DNA from: a virus
Virus record (IMG/VR): IMGVR_UViG_3300007512_000025
Location: 13,428-77,427 of that record
DNA: 64,000 nt
Direction: 5' to 3' (one strand)
Shown in pieces: positions 58,628-64,000 of the stretch. Position numbers and translations under genes: made by a program. The notes beneath the pieces are model-generated. The model was not told where the DNA came from, searched no databases, and saw only the letters and a program-made list of their open reading frames with translations. Numbering within the stretch: the first letter of the stretch is position 1; each line of letters opens with the position of its first letter.

Positions 58628-58769
58628 CTTGGTAAGCTGGCACGGAAAGACTGCTCTCGTTTTGCAGGAAGGTATGGCGGCATCAAGCGGTATCATCTGG
58701 CATGTGCTATTAGATGGCAAGGTGATGGTGGTGTTTGAGGATGAAATGACGGTGATAAGTGAAGGGTAA
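58614..58769 (+). CDS. MKVGDLV-family small protein (not in ORF track)
   Basis: MKVSDLVSW...MTVISEG. Confidence 0.6.
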   Translation: MKVSDLVSWHGKTALVLQEGMAASSGIIWHVLLDGKVMVVFEDEMTVISEG

Positions 58770-59517
58770 TTTGAAGATAGATTTAAGAAAGGGTGACTGC
58801 TTGGAATTGATGAAGCAGCTTGAAGATGGCAGCATCGACATGGTTCTGGCTGATTTGCCATACGGGACAACCCGCAACAAGTGGGACACAATTATACCCT
58901 TGGAGCCTCTGTGGGAGGAATATTGGAGGGTGCTGAAGTCAACCGGGATTGTGTGCCTCACGGCATCGCAGCCATTCACCAGCACTCTTATCATGAGTCA
59001 GGTGAAATACTTCAAGCACGAATGGATATGGATTAAGAACCGGGGCAGTAACTTTGCCAACACGGTCAGGGAACCGATGAAGGAACACGAACAGGTTCTC
59101 GTCTTCAGCAAGGGCAAGTGGACGTACAACAAGCAGATGCAAGAGCGCACCGGAGCGGGCGCAGCCCGAGCCAAGTATTCTGTTGAGCATAAGACCCAGA
59201 CCAAGAATTATAATAAGTTTAGCGGGAGGAAGCACCACACCATTTCAAAGCTGAGGGTGCCATCAAGCTGGCAAAAGTTTAATATCGACACATCAAGGCT
59301 GCATCCAACAATCAAGCCCCTGCCCCTGTTTGAGTATATGATTAAGACGTATACTGATGAGGGTGATACGGTGCTGGACAATACAATGGGCAGCGCGACG
59401 ACTGCGATTGCTTGCATCAACTTGAATAGAAACTTCGTGGGCATGGAAATTGAAGAAGAATATTATCAGACAGCGGTTCAGCGGGTGAATGAGCATCGGA
59501 AGAGTGATGAAGAGTGA
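58759..59517 (+). CDS. DNA methyltransferase (N4C/N6A, beta class)
   Basis: GDCLELM, DLPYG, HPTIKP, VLDNTMGSATT. Confidence 0.9.
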   Translation: MKGNLKIDLRKGDCLELMKQLEDGSIDMVLADLPYGTTRNKWDTIIPLEPLWEEYWRVLKSTGIVCLTASQPFTSTLIMSQVKYFKHEWIWIKNRGSNFANTVREPMKEHEQVLVFSKGKWTYNKQMQERTGAGAARAKYSVEHKTQTKNYNKFSGRKHHTISKLRVPSSWQKFNIDTSRLHPTIKPLPLFEYMIKTYTDEGDTVLDNTMGSATTAIACINLNRNFVGMEIEEEYYQTAVQRVNEHRKSDEE

Positions 59518-59558
59518 AAAGAATTAATTTAACTAAAAAAGAAGGGAGAATAAACATT

Positions 59559-59792
59559 ATGACACCAGAATGTATTGAATGTGGTGAGGAATATAACCCG
59601 AAGCGTCAGGCTTTGGGCTATAACACTTGCTTGGAGTGTGGCGACAATAACGCTCGCACTATCTACGAGGCGCGAACGAGGGCAAACTTGCGGGCAATGA
59701 CGCCCAATGCTTCGTCGGGTGATGTGGATGAGAACCTTCTCAAGCCACGGGAGTTGGCATTTGTTAAGGCACCGAGGCACACTCACCGATGA
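59559..59792 (+). CDS. C4 zinc-finger protein (TraR/DksA-like)
   Basis: CIECGEEYNPKRQALGYNTCLEC. Confidence 0.55.
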   Translation: MTPECIECGEEYNPKRQALGYNTCLECGDNNARTIYEARTRANLRAMTPNASSGDVDENLLKPRELAFVKAPRHTHR

Positions 59793-60418
59793 ACAACGGC
59801 GATATTATTAAAACAGTATACGACAACCAATATGAGATAATTAAAAGCATCGAGAAACTATATGTTCCAGATGGTTTTGATGTGGACCCGACGTATAGCA
59901 AGGGTGTGTTTTATAAAACTGGTGAAGTGCAACAGCCCCGCCGCAAGTTCGACTTGTTCCCGAGGACTGACGACACGGTGGAAGCTAACGCGAACAACCT
60001 GCCGCTTGATGACGCATCGGTTGGGAGCATCATGTTTGACCCGCCGTTCCTTGCTGGGTACACCAAGCCCAAGCCTACTGGGGTTATGGGCAAGAGGTTC
60101 CACGGCTTCAGGTATGTCAACGACCTGTGGGATTGGTACGATGAGTGCTTGAGTGAGTTCAGCAGGGTGCTGAAGAAGAACGGGGTGCTGGTGTTCAAGT
60201 GCCAAGACACCGTATCATCGGGCAAGAACTGGTTTTCGCACTGTTTTATCATGAACAAGGCAATTCAACAAGGATTTTACCCTAGAGATATGTTTGTGCT
60301 GACTGCAAAGAGCCGATTGATTGGTCACAACCACGGTAATCAGAAGCACGCACGCAAGTTTCACTCTTATTTCTGGGTGTTTGAGAAGAAATCACATAAA
60401 ATTCCGTATAATTTATAA
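59789..60418 (+). CDS. DNA amino-methyltransferase
   Basis: DPTYSKG (motif I-like), FDPPF, SRVLKKNG. Confidence 0.75.
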   Translation: MNNGDIIKTVYDNQYEIIKSIEKLYVPDGFDVDPTYSKGVFYKTGEVQQPRRKFDLFPRTDDTVEANANNLPLDDASVGSIMFDPPFLAGYTKPKPTGVMGKRFHGFRYVNDLWDWYDECLSEFSRVLKKNGVLVFKCQDTVSSGKNWFSHCFIMNKAIQQGFYPRDMFVLTAKSRLIGHNHGNQKHARKFHSYFWVFEKKSHKIPYNL

Positions 60419-60436
60419 TTTTATTTAAAAAAGTGC

Positions 60437-60465
60437 TTGACAATGCCGTAGGCTTATGGTATATT
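60437..60465 (+). promoter_or_regulatory. Sigma70-type promoter for the RNA cluster
   Basis: A-tract, TTGACA-17-TATATT with TG extension; predicted start near 60472. Confidence 0.7.
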
Positions 60466-60471
60466 ATAGAA

Positions 60472-60571
60472 GTGATGGGGGCAGTGAGTTCCCGCCCGTG
60501 ACGAAAGCCGGAAGGTTCATCCCCCGTGTGACGAAAGCGTGGAGTAGGTTCTGCCTCGTTGTTCCCATCAC
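60472..60571 (+). ncRNA. Structured ncRNA 1 with twin GTGACGAAAGC elements
   Basis: 12-bp closing stem GTGATGGGGGCA/TGTTCCCATCAC beginning at the predicted TSS. Confidence 0.5.
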
Positions 60572-60582
60572 CCTTTAAAACT

Positions 60583-60750
60583 GGAAGGCGGGCATCCTCA
60601 GAGATGCTGCATTGTTCTTTGAGAAATGTGGGGAGTACAGACCAGAGGGGTTGCCTACGGGCAACAACGTGGTTGCGTAAGCGTGGTCGAAGTAATGACC
60701 TGTTAGGCTGTACTCAGTTGAGGGAAGTTGGGAACCCTCAACATCTTTTT
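60583..60750 (+). ncRNA. Structured ncRNA 2
   Basis: GAGTACAG/CTGTACTC, GTTGCC-TACG-GGCAAC, GGTC/GACC and GTTGAGGG/CCCTCAAC stems followed by a T-run. Confidence 0.5.
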
Positions 60751-60925
60751 GGAAGGGCTTTGTGAGTGGCACACACCACAATATCAAAGGTTGAAAATTG
60801 GTAGTTTAGCTGTGTGGTTAAATTATTCAGTCGCTGGAGCGACTGCTGCTATGCCCAGAGAGCGCAAGACCGTTTAGCGATGGTTGCAGTTCAGACGGTG
60901 GTTCGATTCCACCCCCTTCTTGCCA
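60751..60925 (+). ncRNA. Oversized tRNA-like RNA (175 nt)
   Basis: GGAAGGG/CCCTTCT acceptor stem, TGTG-AGTGG-CACA D-like arm, GGTGG-TTCGATT-CCACC T arm, ends GCCA. Confidence 0.55.
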
Positions 60926-60926
60926 T

Positions 60927-61002
60927 TCCGACATAGCTCAGTTGGTAGAGCAGATGACTGTTAATCATCGGGTCGTAGGTTCAAGCCCTACTGTCGGAGC
61001 CA
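60927..61002 (+). tRNA. trnN: tRNA-Asn(GTT)
   Basis: Canonical 76-nt cloverleaf: TCCGACA/TGTCGGA, anticodon loop CT-GTT-AA, TTCAAGC T-loop, encoded CCA. Confidence 0.95.
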
Positions 61003-61021
61003 TTTTTAGGAGAATTTAATT

Positions 61022-61258
61022 ATGCAAATCGAAATCGGTAATCTAGTAAAAGTAAAAGAGTGTGAAGCTTCAAATTGGCGGGGGTTTTTTGGCGCTTGTG
61101 CTTGCTTTTTCTGCGACACAGGCTCAAACCGTATCGGCTTGGTTCTTGGTCCAGCCCCGCGCAATAGCTGGGCTGTGCAGTTTGACACAGGGCAGTGGCG
61201 ACTGGACTGTTCGGACTTTGAGAACGGTAAAGTTGAGGTGATTAGTGCAAGTCGGTGA
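61022..61258 (+). CDS. MKVGDLV-family small protein
   Basis: MQIEIGNLVKV...VEVISASR. Confidence 0.6.
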   Translation: MQIEIGNLVKVKECEASNWRGFFGACACFFCDTGSNRIGLVLGPAPRNSWAVQFDTGQWRLDCSDFENGKVEVISASR

Positions 61259-61466
61259 TTTAGTCATAAGAAGAATTCTGCACGTTCCTGATTGGAAAGC
61301 AAGGGCGGCGATTAACCAGCGTGAGTTGTTGGGGCACGGTGTTGTCATGACAAAACAAATGGCGGGCGAGCCAAGCCACCCTTGTGTGACAGTTTATTAC
61401 CCGAAGGTTGGAGCGACATACGATATTGCCGAATCGTTGCTGGAGGTTCTCAGTGAAGGTCGGTGA
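61245..61466 (+). CDS. MKVGDLV-family small protein
   Basis: MQVGDLV...LEVLSEGR. Confidence 0.65.
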   Translation: MQVGDLVIRRILHVPDWKARAAINQRELLGHGVVMTKQMAGEPSHPCVTVYYPKVGATYDIAESLLEVLSEGR

Positions 61467-61674
61467 TTTGGTAAGATTTGGTAGCACAACACCAGACAAG
61501 CGTACACCGATTCAAAAGGTGGGTGGCGTGGTGATTGAAGACCATACATTGCTGTGTAGCCACGGCGGGGTGGAACCGTACCGGATGGGAAGACTGCTGA
61601 TTCTATGGTCAGATATCCGAGGACTTCAATTGGAAGTGTTTGCAACCCTTGAGGTAATAAATGAAAGTCGGTGA
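61453..61674 (+). CDS. MKVGDLV-family small protein
   Basis: GTG start MKVGDLVRF...LEVINESR. Confidence 0.65.
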   Translation: MKVGDLVRFGSTTPDKRTPIQKVGGVVIEDHTLLCSHGGVEPYRMGRLLILWSDIRGLQLEVFATLEVINESR

Positions 61675-61885
61675 TTTGGTTAGAATTAAGAATACTTCTA
61701 CGGGTGATGCCCGTTGGATGGTAGAGCGGTTCCGCGAGCGGACTCCGCTGCTGGTTTGTGAGTTTGATTCCTTTGGTCAACCTTACCCACCCAGTGCGAA
61801 CCACGTTTCGGTTCTCGACATTGATGGCGAGCGCAAGTGGGTGCCGACTCGTCGTGTGATGATTTGGGAAATGGAAGGACATTAA
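61661..61885 (+). CDS. MKVGDLV-family small protein
   Basis: MKVGDLVRIK. Confidence 0.65.
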   Translation: MKVGDLVRIKNTSTGDARWMVERFRERTPLLVCEFDSFGQPYPPSANHVSVLDIDGERKWVPTRRVMIWEMEGH

Positions 61886-61894
61886 TAAGTGGAA

Positions 61895-61978
61895 ATGAAA
61901 ACAGTAATTATGGTTGTAGGGCTTGTGGGTGCAATTTTTGCATCGGCACTCACTATTACATTGTGGGCAATAGCGTGA
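61895..61978 (+). CDS. 27-aa single-TM peptide (not in ORF track)
   Basis: MKTVIMVVGLVGAIFASALTITLWAIA; GTGA overlap with the next gene. Confidence 0.4.
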   Translation: MKTVIMVVGLVGAIFASALTITLWAIA

Positions 61979-62187
61979 AAGAGGTTGACCTGCATGGTGT
62001 CAGGCACAGAGATGTATATGCAGTGTTGGAAAAGCTTTGCGTTGCAGGCGACCTGCCCTTCATCGTCATTACGGGTAAGTCGGCAACCATGAAAACTGTG
62101 GTAGAGAATGCTGTCGCAGCGTTCGGATTGCACGCGAAAGAAAAGCTGGGTAACAGCGGGAGGTTAATAATCAGTGAAAGCATATGA
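61975..62187 (+). CDS. Stand-alone Smr-domain protein
   Basis: VDLHG...VITGKS...GNSG. Confidence 0.65.
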   Translation: MKEVDLHGVRHRDVYAVLEKLCVAGDLPFIVITGKSATMKTVVENAVAAFGLHAKEKLGNSGRLIISESI

Positions 62188-62458
62188 TTTAGTCAAGGCA
62201 GGTGATTTAGTCAGGGACATGTCCCTGAAGCGACTGTATACTGTCGGCTCGTATTATAGATTCGATTATGATGACGAGTATCCCGAATATGTGCCCGAGC
62301 AATCTGCGCCATCGCCAACAGCCATATTTATTAAGTGGCACATCGTAGATGGCGAAGAAGACGGCGAGTTTTATAGTTGTGCAAAGGTTCTATGGAACCA
62401 CGGTGGAGTGGGAAACATTCTCAGGCATAATTTGGAGTTGATAAGTGAAGGTCGGTGA
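62174..62458 (+). CDS. MKVGDLV-family small protein
   Basis: MKAYDLVKAGDLVRD...LELISEGR. Confidence 0.65.
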   Translation: MKAYDLVKAGDLVRDMSLKRLYTVGSYYRFDYDDEYPEYVPEQSAPSPTAIFIKWHIVDGEEDGEFYSCAKVLWNHGGVGNILRHNLELISEGR

Positions 62459-62630
62459 CTTGGTGGGGGTAAAGGATTCAGTCGGCACGTTGCCAATTGG
62501 CATCGTGGTTAAAATCTTGGAGTCGGGTCCAAGACACGTTGCCGTGTCGTGGAACGATTGTGGGCCCATACTTGAAGAATATGTTGAAGATTTGGAAGTG
62601 ATAAGCGAGGTGACAAGTGAAGGTCGGTGA
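62445..62630 (+). CDS. MKVGDLV-family small protein
   Basis: MKVGDLV...GIVVKI...VSW...LEVISEVTSEGR. Confidence 0.65.
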   Translation: MKVGDLVGVKDSVGTLPIGIVVKILESGPRHVAVSWNDCGPILEEYVEDLEVISEVTSEGR

Positions 62631-62817
62631 TTTAGTGACGGGCAACTTGCGTGGGAAAGAAGACCAAGTGGGCGTGGTTCTGTCTGAGCCTCGGCTGGTG
62701 ACAACCGACAGCGGTGTGGATGTCCGCGTGGTCGAGGTTGAATGGATTGGATGGGACTTGAGAGAAGACTATTCTTATCCACATTTAAAAGTTATATCGA
62801 AGGGAGGGGTAAAATGA
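62617..62817 (+). CDS. MKVGDLV-family small protein
   Basis: MKVGDLV...GVVL...VEW...LKVISKG. Confidence 0.65.
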   Translation: MKVGDLVTGNLRGKEDQVGVVLSEPRLVTTDSGVDVRVVEVEWIGWDLREDYSYPHLKVISKGGVK

Positions 62818-63038
62818 TTCTTAAATCTTTTGTTCTGGTTGGTGTCATCGTATCACACGATGATGTTCTTTCAACGGTAGAGTTCAACACGAACCCTGCT
62901 GTCAATGGTGGACCAGCTATGGCTGTGATGCAAAACTCAGCGATTCCATGCAAAATTGAGGTCGGTAAGAAGATTTATGTGGTCAAAGACGAGAACATGG
63001 AACATGCTCAGGTAACTTGCGAGGTCGATACGCAATGA
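62814..63038 (+). CDS. Hypothetical small beta protein
   Basis: GGAGG SD, ATGA overlaps. Confidence 0.55.
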   Translation: MILKSFVLVGVIVSHDDVLSTVEFNTNPAVNGGPAMAVMQNSAIPCKIEVGKKIYVVKDENMEHAQVTCEVDTQ

Positions 63039-63202
63039 AACTGGGTGATTTAGTGCGTGCCACTTGGTCTGACGGGCTGGTTTTGGTCGGTCGGTACACT
63101 GGCTCGGAGCGAGGATACATTCTTCTCGCTGCTGATGACGGACATAAGATTGTTTGCGACCCAAATAGTGTAAAATTTGAGGTGATTGATGATAAAGGAT
63201 AA
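63035..63202 (+). CDS. MKVGDLV-family small protein
   Basis: MKLGDLVRA...FEVIDDKG. Confidence 0.6.
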   Translation: MKLGDLVRATWSDGLVLVGRYTGSERGYILLAADDGHKIVCDPNSVKFEVIDDKG

Positions 63203-63977
63203 AATTTTATGTGGTAATTGTACCGAAGCATTAAAAGAAATACCAGACGAGAGCGTTGACTTGGTGGTGACATCACCGCCATACGACAAACTCAGGACAT
63301 ACAAAGGATACGAGTTTGACTTTGAGGGCATAGCCCAGCAATTGTTGAGGGTCGTAAAGAAAGGCGGTGTCGTTGTCTGGGTGGTGGGTGATGCAACAGT
63401 GAAAGGAAGCGAAACAGGCAGCAGCTTTAGGCAGGCATTGCACTTTAAAGATATTGGCTTCAACCTTCACGACACAATGATATACCACAAGGACAATCCA
63501 GTGCCGGTCGGAGGGCGCAACAGATATTATCAAGCATTTGAGTACATGTTTGTTCTTTCCAAGGGGAAGCCGAAGACTTTTAATCCCATCATCGTGCCCC
63601 GAAGGAATAAGCACAACGATAAGCGCACGGTTCGATACCGAGCAGTGACAAGAAATGCTGATGGCTCATTTGCAAAGAAGGTAGTACCCATTAAAGAGAA
63701 TGTCAAGAAGCAGAACCTTTGGACATATGTGGTGAGCGGTGGAGCGTCAACGAAAGACAAGATAGCCCACAAGCATCCTGCTATCTTCCCCGAGAAGTTG
63801 GCTGAAGACCACATTCTTTCATGGAGCAACGAGGGCGATGTAGTGCTTGACCCAATGTGCGGCAGTGGAACGACACTAAAGATGGCAGCATTGAACAATA
63901 GAAGTTATATTGGTATCGACGTATCAGAAGAATACTGCGGCGTAGCCAAAGAAAGAATCGAGGGCTGCGGTGGATAA
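63189..63977 (+). CDS. DNA methyltransferase (beta class, likely N4-cytosine)
   Basis: TSPPY, HPAIFP, VLDPMCGSGTT. Confidence 0.9.
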   Translation: MIKDKILCGNCTEALKEIPDESVDLVVTSPPYDKLRTYKGYEFDFEGIAQQLLRVVKKGGVVVWVVGDATVKGSETGSSFRQALHFKDIGFNLHDTMIYHKDNPVPVGGRNRYYQAFEYMFVLSKGKPKTFNPIIVPRRNKHNDKRTVRYRAVTRNADGSFAKKVVPIKENVKKQNLWTYVVSGGASTKDKIAHKHPAIFPEKLAEDHILSWSNEGDVVLDPMCGSGTTLKMAALNNRSYIGIDVSEEYCGVAKERIEGCGG

Positions 63978-64000
63978 GCCATGGTACTTATATGTGGTAA

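Larger units (their letters stand above)
61235..62636 (+). repeat. 30-bp gene-junction repeats (61235, 61443, 61651, 62435, 62607; variants at ~62165, ~63021, ~58750)
   Basis: Consensus GAGGT-N4-A-RTG-AAR-GTC-GGT-GAY-TTR-GT at successive gene overlaps. Confidence 0.85.

Noticed and set aside
60472-60571. SRP (4.5S) RNA because of CCGGAAGG
   Set aside because: The flanking conserved CAGG...AGCA internal loop is missing.
60477-60925. tmRNA
   Set aside because: The 3' end resembles tmRNA, but no 5' segment gives a GGGGC-type acceptor stem with G3-U70 and an A discriminator, and no tag reading frame was evident.
60751-60925. tRNA-Sec (GGAAG start, GCCA end)
   Set aside because: Only a 7-bp acceptor pairing works, no TCA anticodon loop is correctly placed, and the length is far too great.
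61235-62636. CRISPR array or integron attC sites
   Set aside because: The repeats are degenerate, non-palindromic, protein-coding and 170-800 bp apart; no cas or integrase gene is in the window.
201-63898. Numerous minus-strand and alternative-frame ORFs in the six-frame track (e.g. 507-1487, 26253-26984, 36446-37210, 40150-40851)
   Set aside because: They lie within well-supported + strand genes, lack SD sites and motifs, and are explained as shadows of codon bias or low-complexity sequence.
1-64000. Stop-codon reassignment
   Set aside because: Long conserved genes are intact under code 11, and TAA, TAG and TGA all terminate genes at expected positions.

Overview
64 kb of a large, probably jumbo or T4-superfamily-like, tailed dsDNA phage genome. 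It uses the standard genetic code and essentially all genes lie on the + strand. Gene order: tail/baseplate module (1-7.8 kb: very hydrophobic tape-measure-like protein, tube/baseplate proteins). Replication, recombination and nucleotide metabolism follow (7.8-27 kb: short PolA, tubulin/FtsZ-like, gp32-like SSB, RecA/UvsX, 5'-3' exonuclease, DnaB-like helicase, class II RNR, DnaE, dUTPase, IMPDH/GMPR). Then chaperone and lysis genes (GroEL, ClpP, amidase; GroES, FKBP and Hsp20 lie elsewhere), a Mom-like DNA-modifying gene, and a block of probable head-packaged proteins (40-47.6 kb). The last part is an early/accessory region of small genes with three DNA methyltransferases, thymidine kinase, tRNA-Asn and structured ncRNAs. 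Main unexplained signals: (1) at least 7 unrelated proteins, several with enzyme motifs (ART-like, zincin, GNAT, HD alarmone hydrolase), share an N-terminal tag M[KR][QL][LI]ME[NSHR][WF]R..x(1-3)E resembling a capsid-targeting/prohead-protease signal; (2) an array of small MKVGDLV (KOW/SH3-like) genes joined by a 30-bp repeat that is at once C-terminus, Shine-Dalgarno and N-terminus; (3) four covarying copies of an H-type pseudoknot RNA motif in leaders around SSB/FKBP/RecA; (4) a promoter-driven cluster of structured RNAs including an oversized tRNA-like molecule, plus a separate ~186-nt RNA closed by a 16-bp stem. All protein calls come from motif recognition only; no database searches were run.
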